Source of the DNA: Myxococcota bacterium
Lineage (GTDB): Bacteria; Myxococcota_A; UBA796; GCA-2862545
NCBI GenBank assembly: GCA_039208735.1
Contig: JBCCQY010000004.1
Coordinates: 71,884 to 135,883 of the forward strand
Length of the DNA: 64,000 bases
Reading direction: 5' to 3'
Below the pieces are notes generated by a model. That model saw nothing but the letters and a program-made list of their open reading frames with translations, had not been told where the DNA came from and did not search any database. Positions 27,312 through 36,571 of the stretch are shown here, one piece after another (within the stretch, counting starts at the first letter, position 1; every line of letters begins with the position of its first letter). The position numbers and the translations under genes are program-made.

Positions 27312-28187
27312 TGACTCGTCCATGGCTTGCGTGTAGGCTTTGCCTTCCGAGACGATGAATCCAGTGGAGGGATGTCCGGTCAGCGCGACGAGATCGAGTT
27401 CGGGTCCTGCATCAAAGGCGGTCTCTCCCGGCGGAATCCGCAGTACGCACGTCGGGGGAATCGTGTCGTCGAACCAATGCAAGACCAGGTAGTTGTCACC
27501 CAGGACGTAGATCGATCCATCGTCGTCCTGGGTGATTCCCGCGAAGGTCCCCACACATCGGTCGTCTTCGAGAACGGTTTGGATCGTGTCGGTGGTTGTG
27601 TCGATGACGACGACCTGTATGCCGCGAAACAGCTGGTTGGTGGCAAAGTCATACTGCTGAACCGCCGCAAAGAGTAGACCATCCCGAAGCACGCCAGGGT
27701 CAATAGCCGGCGTGAGGTTCTCCTTGACGATGGGCGACAAATCAATCGAGTCCTTCACGGTTACGGACTCGGGATCCCAGACAAAGGCTGCGGGTACACT
27801 GCCGTCGAACAGGTAGGCCTTGTCATTGGCGACAAAGTTGTTGCCGAAGGGAATCGTCGTCAGACCCGCATTGGCAAAACTCAGGCGCTCGGAAGGCTCC
27901 AACGTACCGTCGTTTCGAGGAAACCACTGTTGAATCACCGGCTCTTCTCCAGAACCGGTGAACAGCCGCCGACCGTCCGAGAACACGCGGGCATTGCCGG
28001 GAAGCTCCACCGCCTCGCTCAGATCGAGGAGCGCGAAGTCGAGATCTTTGCGAAGCTGCAGGTAAGATGTGCGGCCCTCTGGGGTGGCCACCGTAGTCTG
28101 AATGTAGATCCAGGACTCGGCGCTTTCGTTGGGCCGGGTCGGCTCCGGTTCCGAAGTGCAAGCTGCGGCGAAGAGAATGATGAGCAC
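27012..28187 (-). CDS. MxcI-like beta-propeller lipoprotein, probably iron-uptake associated
   Basis: GTG start after GGAG; lipobox AAAC; TPEGRTSYL, AVELPG, LSFANAGL, KAYLF, WDP, EDDRC, DDGSIY, CVLRIPPGETAFD are typical of myxobacterial MxcI-like proteins (from memory). Confidence 0.7.
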   Translation of the reverse strand: MLIILFAAACTSEPEPTRPNESAESWIYIQTTVATPEGRTSYLQLRKDLDFALLDLSEAVELPGNARVFSDGRRLFTGSGEEPVIQQWFPRNDGTLEPSERLSFANAGLTTIPFGNNFVANDKAYLFDGSVPAAFVWDPESVTVKDSIDLSPIVKENLTPAIDPGVLRDGLLFAAVQQYDFATNQLFRGIQVVVIDTTTDTIQTVLEDDRCVGTFAGITQDDDGSIYVLGDNYLVLHWFDDTIPPTCVLRIPPGETAFDAGPELDLVALTGHPSTGFIVSEGKAYTQAMDESQGTIDPAVEPLAFLNQPVAIRWEIDLQDPSRSRPLVELGLASPRSGNVLLVDGRTFLQAAEEAFAGRTQIYEVLEDGSFVERFEVTGLVTAFGRIDSSP

Positions 28188-28233
28188 GAGATCTCCAAGA
28201 CGCGAAAGACCCCTATCGTACCGGCCATAAAGT

Positions 28234-28248
28234 TGAAAATGATTTTCA
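28234..28248. promoter_or_regulatory. Fur-box-like operator between divergent lipoprotein genes
   Basis: Perfect 7-1-7 palindrome TGAAAAT-G-ATTTTCA in an AT-rich intergenic patch, close to the Fur consensus TGATAATnATTATCA. Confidence 0.75.
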
Positions 28249-28292
28249 TCTTCATTAATGGATTCGGACTCCAGCACGGGGACGGAGGAACA

Positions 28293-29150
28293 TTGAGGCT
28301 CGCAATTTCGTTTTGGACGCTCTTGGCCTGCACGGGTGGTACAGACGACGCGGTGGAGTCCCGTTCTGAAGACACCGGGCCAGGCGACGCTCGCGAGACC
28401 TCAGCCACGGCAGAGACGGGGACCCCGTATACGGCTGCGCCCGACTCTATCGACGTCGAGCTGCGCGTGGTTCACGCTCTTCCGAAGGCCGGCCCCGTCG
28501 ACTTGTGCATCGCACCGAGTGCGGATGACCCTTTTGAAGGGCCTCTTCTCGGGGGTAAGGGTGTCGCGTTCCGCGAGGGTACGGTGCGGCAGACGACAAC
28601 GGTGTCATCGTCGGCCCGCCTTCGTTGGGTTGCTGCGGCGAGCCCGGACTGCGAGAACTCCATCGGTGATGATGTCGCCCTCGAAGGAAATGCCGGGCCG
28701 AGGACCGCGGTATTGCTCGCGCCTGCGTCCGAGACCGACGAACCCACGACGCTGCTTCTCGACGACGAGACGGTGGCCAAACCGAATCCTGGTCGGTTCT
28801 ACGTGAGATTTTTGCACGCTGCGCCCGGCGTGGACCCGTTGAGCGTCAAGCAGGGAGGCTGTGCCATCCCGTTCGCCGCCTTTGAGAGCGCAGCCTTCGG
28901 GGAGCCCGCCATCTCGGCCAACGACCAGGCGCCGTGGTTTTCAGCCTCGGTGACGTCCGGATCCGATCGGTTCGTAACGGACATCGTGGTCTGCGATGGA
29001 CCGACCGAACTCGTGCGTCTCGAGCAGCACGCGTTCCTCGGCGGGCAGATTCAGCTGCACGTGCTGACTGGCGATGCGACGACCCCCTCGACCTTAGACC
29101 TCACGATGTGCATAGACACGGCATCCGAGCCATGTACGCGGCTGCTCTGA
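28293..29150 (+). CDS. DUF4397-type lipoprotein (two repeats)
   Basis: TTG after GGAGGA; lipobox LLAC; LRVVHALPKAGPVDLC and VRFLHAAPGVDPLSV. Confidence 0.78.
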   Translation: MRLAISFWTLLACTGGTDDAVESRSEDTGPGDARETSATAETGTPYTAAPDSIDVELRVVHALPKAGPVDLCIAPSADDPFEGPLLGGKGVAFREGTVRQTTTVSSSARLRWVAAASPDCENSIGDDVALEGNAGPRTAVLLAPASETDEPTTLLLDDETVAKPNPGRFYVRFLHAAPGVDPLSVKQGGCAIPFAAFESAAFGEPAISANDQAPWFSASVTSGSDRFVTDIVVCDGPTELVRLEQHAFLGGQIQLHVLTGDATTPSTLDLTMCIDTASEPCTRLL

Positions 29151-29515
29151 CACTCGGTTCGCTGACGCTGGCCCGTTCCCCCGTGACGCAAGCGCTGATT
29201 GCCGAGCGACCTGCCTGGTTCGATGACGCGAAGCTCGGTGGGTCGGTGACCATCGCGCAACTGCTGGAGCACACCGCCGGGCTGCCTGCGGGGCGGCTTG
29301 TCGACCATGGCAACGCGGCCCCTGATGCACCGCCCTCGGCTGCGGTGGACCGCATGGTTCCGATGTCTCTGCGATGGCCTCCGGGTCGACGACTCGAGCC
29401 GCTTGGAGTTCGAGACAGCGACTACCGGACGAGTTTGAGGGTCGCGCCCAGTCACGACCAGGCTGGTCGTCGGTTGTCCATGTGGCGCACCGATCTTCGA
29501 CCATCGGGGCGCCCT
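29151..29515 (+). pseudogene. Eroded serine hydrolase (beta-lactamase/AmpC-like) fragment
   Basis: VTIAQLLEHTAGL, LRWPPG, LEPLG and PSG motifs, but no SxxK, and the YxN segment is deleted. Confidence 0.6.
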
Positions 29516-29517
29516 CG

Positions 29518-32124
29518 TCACCGTTCCGACTCCGCACGCCGCCGGTCATCGTCACCGCCCCGGCCGATGCGCACATCGTTCACCAATCCCAACCGATGGT
29601 CGCGAGCTTCCTCGGCGTACCGACGGGCCCATGCCCGCCACGGCTGGAACTGCAAGACCGATCGGAAGTGTTGGTAAGCGTGTTCCCAGTCCTCCTCCGC
29701 CCGGGCCGCCTTGCCGTCGCGCCACAAGGCTTCCCCGATCGGACCGCCAATGCGCCGCAAGGTGGGGTGATGGTGGTCCCACCGGTGGGCCTTCGAGAGG
29801 GCCTCGATGGCGGCGGCGCGGTCGCTGGGCCAGTGGGATGCCGCCAGCTGGGCCCAACATGCGGCCAGGGTTCCGCGGTCTTCCGCACGGCCAGGCCGGC
29901 TTGCATGCCACGCCCAGTCGGTTGGTCGCTGGCGTTCGATCCAGACGAAGGCGACCTCGGCGCTGTGACACTGCATCGCTTGGGCGTGATCCCTAAGGTG
30001 CTGGCGGGTGGCCTGGATGCTCGGCGCCACCTTGGTGACCGGCACCACCAACGGCTTGAGCCCGACCGCCTGGTCTGCGATTTCGAGTTGCAACGTGTAC
30101 GAGGTTCCCGCCTGGAGTTCCGAAGGCACGTCGAGGGCCCAGCGATTCCGGAACACCTCGTCTGCACGCACGTCTTCGGGAGCGAGCCAGCCGTAGCCGA
30201 GCGGTCGCTTCCAGCGCGTGATCTCGCGGTCGCCCTGGTGCAGCGTGAGGGTGACCGAAGGGGGCGGCTCGGTCAGCTGCAAGGGCACTTCGAGGTATCC
30301 GGGCTGGCCGGGTACCCACGGGCCCATCTGGACCGGCCCCAGCGCGACGCCGTCCGCCACTTCCCGAAGCGGAACCTCGCCTTGGGGGGCGACGACGACC
30401 GAGCGGTGGACGAAGACGTCGCCAAACGGTCGGCCCGTTCGTATGTCGGTGTAGGGCGGTAGCGCGATGTAGTCGCCCCGCTCGAACGCTGGGTAGGTCC
30501 GGAGCCCCGAGTGCAGCGCCCACCACCCGGACACAAACGCGAACGTGGGTTGATGCTCCTCGTAGACGTATTCCTCGATGAACGATCGTTGCTGGTACCA
30601 ATGCCGCGCCATCGGAATGTCGACGAGCATCCCCATGTCGATGGAACGGTAGTCGGGGGCCCACCACAGATGGGCGCCCTGATCCACATCGATGGTGGTG
30701 ACCGGTTCGGTCCAAAACGCAGTGCGGAGGGCGTTGCGCGTGTGGTCGACGCGTTGCTTGACCGAGGTGGTGGTCTCGTTCGTGTTGAATCGCAGATGGT
30801 CGAAGGTCTGGTGCAGCCCAGGGACCATCCACGCCCCGACCAGCACGCTCGCCACGAGGAACGTGGAGTCACTCCATCGGTTGGCCGTCCTCGGGAGCGC
30901 GTCGAGGGCGCGGGTGAGGCCCACCGCGACGAGCACCGCCAGGGGCACTGCGATGAGGGACAAGAACCGGTACGCCCCCATCCAATCCCCGTTGGCCCAG
31001 ATGCTGAAGAGTAAACCGATGGCCACGGCGTGCCCGCAGAGCACCGTCGCCCGAGCGCCGGGCGTTTTGAGACCCAGCAAGGGCAGACCCAGCCATAGCG
31101 CCACGATGGCAAGCAAACGGAAGACGAGGAAGGCCTCGGGAGCCGTGGCCGGCAGCCCGGGGAGGGACGGCAGGCCGGTGAGCCCCTGGAGGTTGGACGG
31201 CCACGGCCATAGCAGCATCAACAACACGACGCCGGTGAGCCCAAGCCCGATGCGGGCAGAGGGGCGGGTGGGGCGTCCCGTGAGGCCAAGCACGTAGAAG
31301 GGCACGTAGTACAGGTGCCAGAGCCGCGTGGACCACTCCTGCACCTGGGTCCACCCACGACTCGTCCAATCGAGCGGCACCACGCCTCGGCTCGCGATTT
31401 TGGCGTAGAAGGGATTGGGGAGGGGCCAGGCGAAGTACGCCAGGCGCCCGAGTTCGAGCACCACCGAGGGCAACAAGACGATGGCGGCAAAGCGGAGCGC
31501 CGGTGCAAGGCCCCGACCTTGTTGCCAGCCGAACACGGCCAGCCAGGTGCCGGCCATCGCGGTGTAGGCGAGGCCTTCGGGGCGCGTCCACACCAGCAAC
31601 AGGCCGGCGAGGGCAGCTCCGGGAAGCCCGCCGCGAGGTCCGGACTCCTGCACCACGCGGTCGAGGAGCACGGCAAGGAGAAAGCAAAATAGGCCGTTCT
31701 CTAGGCCACTGGCGCACCAGATGGCGAACTGGGGATTCAGCGCCAGCACGATGGGCGCAACGAGCGCCCCGTCTCCCGCGTGATCAGGGAGCGCCGCCTT
31801 GGCGAGCCGCCAACTGGGGACCAACGCAGCGATGCCGAACGCCATGCCGAGTGGCTTTGCGACACTGAAGCCATCGAGACCCACGGCCTGAAACACGGCC
31901 AGGAGCAACACCCAAGTGGGGTCGCTAAACCCCTCGATCCGCTCGCCGCCTGGCCACGGCACCACTCCTTCGCCAGCCACGAGGTTCCGGGCGTAGGCAA
32001 AGCAAATGGCGGCATCATCGATGAACCAGCCGGCACGCGCGGCCTGGTGGAGCACCACGACGACCGCACACAAAAGCAGGACGACGATGGTGGCGTGGCG
32101 CTGACGCAGCTCGGCCCAGAGCAT
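29518..32124 (-). CDS. Polytopic membrane GT-C-type glycosyltransferase-like protein with soluble C-terminal extension
   Basis: DDAAICFAYARNL..GEG...GERIEGFSDPTW, SGLEN, TRPEG, PNPFYAK, GDWM..YRF and many TM segments. Confidence 0.72.
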   Translation of the reverse strand: MLWAELRQRHATIVVLLLCAVVVVLHQAARAGWFIDDAAICFAYARNLVAGEGVVPWPGGERIEGFSDPTWVLLLAVFQAVGLDGFSVAKPLGMAFGIAALVPSWRLAKAALPDHAGDGALVAPIVLALNPQFAIWCASGLENGLFCFLLAVLLDRVVQESGPRGGLPGAALAGLLLVWTRPEGLAYTAMAGTWLAVFGWQQGRGLAPALRFAAIVLLPSVVLELGRLAYFAWPLPNPFYAKIASRGVVPLDWTSRGWTQVQEWSTRLWHLYYVPFYVLGLTGRPTRPSARIGLGLTGVVLLMLLWPWPSNLQGLTGLPSLPGLPATAPEAFLVFRLLAIVALWLGLPLLGLKTPGARATVLCGHAVAIGLLFSIWANGDWMGAYRFLSLIAVPLAVLVAVGLTRALDALPRTANRWSDSTFLVASVLVGAWMVPGLHQTFDHLRFNTNETTTSVKQRVDHTRNALRTAFWTEPVTTIDVDQGAHLWWAPDYRSIDMGMLVDIPMARHWYQQRSFIEEYVYEEHQPTFAFVSGWWALHSGLRTYPAFERGDYIALPPYTDIRTGRPFGDVFVHRSVVVAPQGEVPLREVADGVALGPVQMGPWVPGQPGYLEVPLQLTEPPPSVTLTLHQGDREITRWKRPLGYGWLAPEDVRADEVFRNRWALDVPSELQAGTSYTLQLEIADQAVGLKPLVVPVTKVAPSIQATRQHLRDHAQAMQCHSAEVAFVWIERQRPTDWAWHASRPGRAEDRGTLAACWAQLAASHWPSDRAAAIEALSKAHRWDHHHPTLRRIGGPIGEALWRDGKAARAEEDWEHAYQHFRSVLQFQPWRAWARRYAEEARDHRLGLVNDVRIGRGGDDDRRRAESER

Positions 32125-32148
32125 GACCGGCTCGGTAACCCACCCGGG

Positions 32149-33552
32149 TCAGTGCCGGGGTTCTCCGGGCTCGGCCAGGACGCGCGGCAGCACGATGGAG
32201 CCGATGGTCGCGGCAAGGGCCGTGTGGGTGGCCGCTTTGCGGCTATCGTCGACGTGAACCCCAAACGTCAGCTCCCACAGGCCTTCGTGGGTGCGAATTC
32301 CGAGATCTGCGGCGACCGGAGGAATCTGACGGGTGGAGACCCCCTCGCTTCGCAAGGCCACGGGATGCGCATGAGCCAAGTTTGTGAATGCCGGTCGAAT
32401 CCAGGTCGTGCCCTGGCCGTCGGCGGCTTCCCGCACCCGATCGCGGCGACTTCCCACCACGAGCCCTCCCTCCCGCGTCGCGATCCAGACGTCCGACTGT
32501 TCAAGGGCCACGTGCAACTCGGTGGCGGAGAGGCGCTCTGCCCCAAGACCGCCTCGGGACAGGGCTCGCTGGAGGAGTCGTCGCGCCCTTCGAGGCCCCA
32601 CTGCTCGGCCGTCTGCCCGCGTGGCATCGAGGTTTGCGACAAAGCCAAGTCGGGGCTCATCGGCGAAGAACGCGACGGTGGTGCCATGGCCAAACCGCAC
32701 CCGTGACAGCAGTTCGACCACGTCCTGCTCTTGCATTTGAAAGGTGGTGCGCAGGGTGGGGTCCAACAGCAGATCACCCAACGCCACGCCGATCGACATG
32801 AGCACGGCAGGCCGTTCTTTGGTGGAGCCGCCAATGGGGGCTTGCGGTGTCGTGGTGAGGGCCGTGGGCACGGGCTCATGGGTATGGAACAGCACCTTCG
32901 CAGGCGCCCCATCGGCCATGGGCAGATGGACCATGGCGGTGATGCGCGTCGGGTCGCGCCCTTCACTCTGGGCCCGCGCAGACTGCGGCAAGTCGCCATC
33001 AAACGTCAGGGCACAGCCTCCGTCGGCGTTGCTGCGTTCGACGATCGATCGGAGTGAGGTGGCGCCTCGGGCGTTCGGCACGCCCGCGCGAACCGTGAGG
33101 CGATGGTCCTGCCAGGCCACATCCACCAGATTGGGCGGAAGTCGACGTCCGCCAACGACAAGCCGACCCTCGTCCCATGAAAAGCGCTCTCGCATGGAGG
33201 CGTCGAGGCCCAACAGGGATGCAACCAGCACGTTGGCCTGGGCCTCGGTGCCCAAAAACCCCAGATCCACCACGATCTCGCGGTCATCGAAGATGAGCAC
33301 CGACACACTGGCCTCGGGATCGATGCCTGCCCCCACCAGCCGGTCGGGGTTCAGGAACGACATCCAGGAGCCTGCGGGCGCCTGGGACGGATTGAACGCG
33401 GGAAGGGCGACCGTTTGCAGCAGATCGGTCATGGGGCCGATGGGGTCGCAGGAAACGGCCACCACCGGGTCTGCATCGACGTCTTGCATCAAACGGAGCA
33501 GCTCGTGCTTGGGGGAGGCAACGGCGGCAGCAACGAGCAAACCCTGCAGCAT
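32149..33552 (-). CDS. Hypothetical exported protein
   Basis: 467-aa ORF with GGAGG RBS and short signal peptide, co-oriented upstream of the GT-C gene. Confidence 0.65.
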   Translation of the reverse strand: MLQGLLVAAAVASPKHELLRLMQDVDADPVVAVSCDPIGPMTDLLQTVALPAFNPSQAPAGSWMSFLNPDRLVGAGIDPEASVSVLIFDDREIVVDLGFLGTEAQANVLVASLLGLDASMRERFSWDEGRLVVGGRRLPPNLVDVAWQDHRLTVRAGVPNARGATSLRSIVERSNADGGCALTFDGDLPQSARAQSEGRDPTRITAMVHLPMADGAPAKVLFHTHEPVPTALTTTPQAPIGGSTKERPAVLMSIGVALGDLLLDPTLRTTFQMQEQDVVELLSRVRFGHGTTVAFFADEPRLGFVANLDATRADGRAVGPRRARRLLQRALSRGGLGAERLSATELHVALEQSDVWIATREGGLVVGSRRDRVREAADGQGTTWIRPAFTNLAHAHPVALRSEGVSTRQIPPVAADLGIRTHEGLWELTFGVHVDDSRKAATHTALAATIGSIVLPRVLAEPGEPRH

Positions 33553-33644
33553 GGAATCCTCCGGGGCCGCGTGTGGGCCCCTCGAAGTGTGTCATCGGAT
33601 CGATGACCGAACCGTCACAGCAGGTCCCAGGCTACATCCCAAGC

Positions 33645-34493
33645 ATGCGGACCCGCTTTTCGATCCCAGTTTGGACGATCGCGTTGTGCCTCGGACTCGC
33701 TAGCGTCGTGGGTTGGGCGACGCAGCCGGCCACGGTTGCCTCGATGGCGACGTTCAACATCGAGAACTTTCCGCGGGACACCCGGCAGCCGAAGGCCGCC
33801 GCCGCCGTGATCGCGAAGCTGGATGTGCCGGTGGTTGCGGTCCAGGAGATCCGAGCGGGGGGGCGGTTGCTCGCTGCGGTGCGGGAGGCCTTGGGTCCGA
33901 GTTGGGTGTTCCTCACTCACACCGGGGCCGTCCATCGCGTGGGCATTTTGGTGGACACGCGTGAGTACGTCATCGTCGATGTGAAGGTCCACGACGAAGT
34001 TCGGGTGATTCGCGGGGGCCGGCCTGCCCTCGAGGTGCGCCTGCGCCACCGGTGGGGCTTCGCAACCCAGTCCGTCGTGGTCGTGCACCTGAAGTCGGGT
34101 CCGGGCGCGGAAGCGATTCGAAGGGCCCAGCTGCAGGCCCTTGCGAAGCAACTCGCGGGGCATCGTGGACCGTTGACGGTGCTGGGCGACTTCAATCCGG
34201 TCAGCGCGATCGACCGGCGCGATCTGGAGCGCTTTGCCCACACCACGGGACTTTCGTGGATCACCCGCAACCTTGGGTGCACCGCCTACTTCCCCGATGG
34301 GGAACGCTGCCGCGGGGTTGCGCTCGACCACGTGATGAGCGCCGCCCCCGGTCGGGCCAAAGCGCTTGGGGCCTGCGCGACGGTCGGGTGTGAGCCCGGC
34401 GATCGGTGCCCCCGATGGGTGGGAGAGGTCTCGGACCACTGCCCGGTGGTGTTCAGTCCAGATCGTCGTCTTCGTCTTCCCAAGGGGGAATGA
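33645..34493 (+). CDS. Endonuclease/exonuclease/phosphatase family protein
   Basis: ATFNIENF, VAVQEI, VHLKS, LGDFN, LDH, SDHCPV. Confidence 0.88.
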   Translation: MRTRFSIPVWTIALCLGLASVVGWATQPATVASMATFNIENFPRDTRQPKAAAAVIAKLDVPVVAVQEIRAGGRLLAAVREALGPSWVFLTHTGAVHRVGILVDTREYVIVDVKVHDEVRVIRGGRPALEVRLRHRWGFATQSVVVVHLKSGPGAEAIRRAQLQALAKQLAGHRGPLTVLGDFNPVSAIDRRDLERFAHTTGLSWITRNLGCTAYFPDGERCRGVALDHVMSAAPGRAKALGACATVGCEPGDRCPRWVGEVSDHCPVVFSPDRRLRLPKGE

Positions 34494-34839
34494 CGTCGAC
34501 CACCACATCTTCCACGCCCACCCGATCCGGCGATCGCACGTCGTCGACCTCGTCGAAGTATCGTTGCGATACCGATTTCAAGTAGCGTTCAAGCTGACGT
34601 TTTGACGCATTTCCGGCGAACGCAACGAACGAAAGACCTGACTTGAGGTGCGTGTTCCACGCCAGGCGAAGTTCACCCGTTGTGACGCAGCCTTTGGCAT
34701 CACCCTCATCTTCGAGGGCTTCGGTGATTCGCTCACAGATCGCCCCGAACAAATCGGGATCAACGTCGTCAGGGTCGGGGTCTGCATAGACCGGACGGTT
34801 GAAGTCGTCATCGACGAAGATGAAGACGCCGTTGGACAC
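34453..34839 (-). CDS. Small acidic hypothetical protein, possible longin/roadblock-like fold
   Basis: GTG after GAGGAG; 128 aa with an apparent beta-beta-alpha-beta-beta-beta-alpha pattern and an acidic tail. Confidence 0.65.
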   Translation of the reverse strand: MSNGVFIFVDDDFNRPVYADPDPDDVDPDLFGAICERITEALEDEGDAKGCVTTGELRLAWNTHLKSGLSFVAFAGNASKRQLERYLKSVSQRYFDEVDDVRSPDRVGVEDVVVDVIPPWEDEDDDLD

Positions 34840-34934
34840 ATGGGCCTCCTCGGGACGGTGACCCGCCGACCAGGGGCTTTCCGGATACCATTCGCGACCA
34901 AAAAGGCGAAACCCAACGTCCACGAAGAAGGGGA

Positions 34935-36485
34935 TCAGCGAGGGGTCATGGCGACGCACCCGTCATCGTCGACCGCGAAGCACAGGTAGGTGCCCGGTCG
35001 GACGTCAGGGATGACCGCGGTGCGCTGCTCCCGTGCTTCACCCGTGGCGACCACGCTGCAGCGTCCCAATCCGGGTCCGTAAAGCCGCACCCGACCGAGC
35101 CCTGTGGCCTCAGCCGCATCGCAGCGTACCGTCATGCGTGGAGTGGCCTTGGAGCCGGATCGGAATTCCGTCACGGGGCGTGGATCGTTGGGTTGTCGGA
35201 GCCCCCAGGTGGTGATGGCGCCGATCGCAGCGAGGCCTAGCACGAGCGCCCCCGCGAAGATCGCGCCCCCCGTGATCGCCAGCGCGATCCCACCCACGCG
35301 ACGGGGCGTTTGGGGATCTGGGCTCACGTCCCGTCGAAACACCTTCTCGGGTGACTTGCGGTGGGGCGTCGTAGAGGTGATCGCCTTGAGGCTTTCGGCG
35401 CGCAGCATGACCCACTGGGCCTGGCGGTTCGCGGTCAGCGGATCCTGCGTGGCCCCGGGGTCGATGGGAAAGGTGCTGAGTGCCGGACGAATCGCGGTTT
35501 CATCGTCGTCTGCATCGTCCATTGGCGTTTCCACGAGGGGGGACCGAAGCGCCATTTCAGCGCTCGGCGCCACGGTCTCGGGATCGAGGGTCCAACTCGG
35601 GACCTCAGCGGCGGCCCATTCGCCGACCGATGGCCCGTCGAGTTCAGGGATCAACGCCTGCAGCCGCGCCGCGACGCTGGTGGCGGTTGGTCGATCTACG
35701 GGATCGAAGGACAGCATCCGCGCCATCAGGGTTCGGAGCGTCTCGGCCGCGCTCGTAGATGTGGGTGGAATGACCTCGTCGAGGCGCTCGGCAACCATGG
35801 CCGCATGCTCGTCGCGGCGCATGCGGGCCGGTGACATGGGGCGTCCCCGCCACAATGCGGCCAAAATGGCCCCCAGCGCGTAGATGTCAGCTGCGAAGGA
35901 GGGGTCGAAGCGCGCCCGGGCCAGCTGTTCGGGGGCTGTTTCGTCCAGACGAATTCGCTTGAGGCTACCGGTCTCGGGGGTCCAAGAGGGCAGCTCGGGC
36001 CGGGCGAGGCCGAACCCGTACACCTGCGTCACCCCGCGTTCATCGAGGGTCACGACCCCGGGCTCGAGCTGCCCGTGAAGCAGCCCTCGGGCGCTCGCGG
36101 CATCGAGGGCCGAGGCGATGGTCCTGCCAATCGACGCGCTGGTGGCCGAAGGGATCGTGAGTTGACCACGGGCCTGCGCCTCGAGAAGGTGGGCGAGATC
36201 CGCGACGTTCGAGGCGTTGCGCACCACCGCAAGTTGACCGTCAAGGCGGGTGAGGACGGCGTCCGTGGCCAGATGGGGATGATCGAGGGCCACGAGGCGT
36301 TGAAGGTCGCTGCGCAACGCGCTCACCAGGTCCCGTCGGTCGGACCAGCGCGGATCGAGTCGATCCACGATGCAAAGCGACGGCGGATGTCCGTTCGATT
36401 GAACCATCGCCAAGAATCGTTCGGTCCCTCCGCCTCGGCGCAAGGCCTTCAACAGTTCGAACCTCCGGGGGGCGGTCTTCGGCAC
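34935..36485 (-). CDS. Membrane-anchored Ser/Thr kinase-like protein, probable pseudokinase
   Basis: LDHPHL, HGQLEP (for HRDxKP), VYGFGLA (for DFG), APEQ, ADIYALG, RPTA; C-terminal TM and small Cys domain. Confidence 0.8.
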   Translation of the reverse strand: MPKTAPRRFELLKALRRGGGTERFLAMVQSNGHPPSLCIVDRLDPRWSDRRDLVSALRSDLQRLVALDHPHLATDAVLTRLDGQLAVVRNASNVADLAHLLEAQARGQLTIPSATSASIGRTIASALDAASARGLLHGQLEPGVVTLDERGVTQVYGFGLARPELPSWTPETGSLKRIRLDETAPEQLARARFDPSFAADIYALGAILAALWRGRPMSPARMRRDEHAAMVAERLDEVIPPTSTSAAETLRTLMARMLSFDPVDRPTATSVAARLQALIPELDGPSVGEWAAAEVPSWTLDPETVAPSAEMALRSPLVETPMDDADDDETAIRPALSTFPIDPGATQDPLTANRQAQWVMLRAESLKAITSTTPHRKSPEKVFRRDVSPDPQTPRRVGGIALAITGGAIFAGALVLGLAAIGAITTWGLRQPNDPRPVTEFRSGSKATPRMTVRCDAAEATGLGRVRLYGPGLGRCSVVATGEAREQRTAVIPDVRPGTYLCFAVDDDGCVAMTPR

Positions 36486-36571
36486 GCGATCTCCGCGACA
36501 AGAGCAGGGCGGGCCCCCTTTATCGTGGCAGTGAGCCCGCACGGTGACAAAGGCTCGGCTACGCAGATCCA

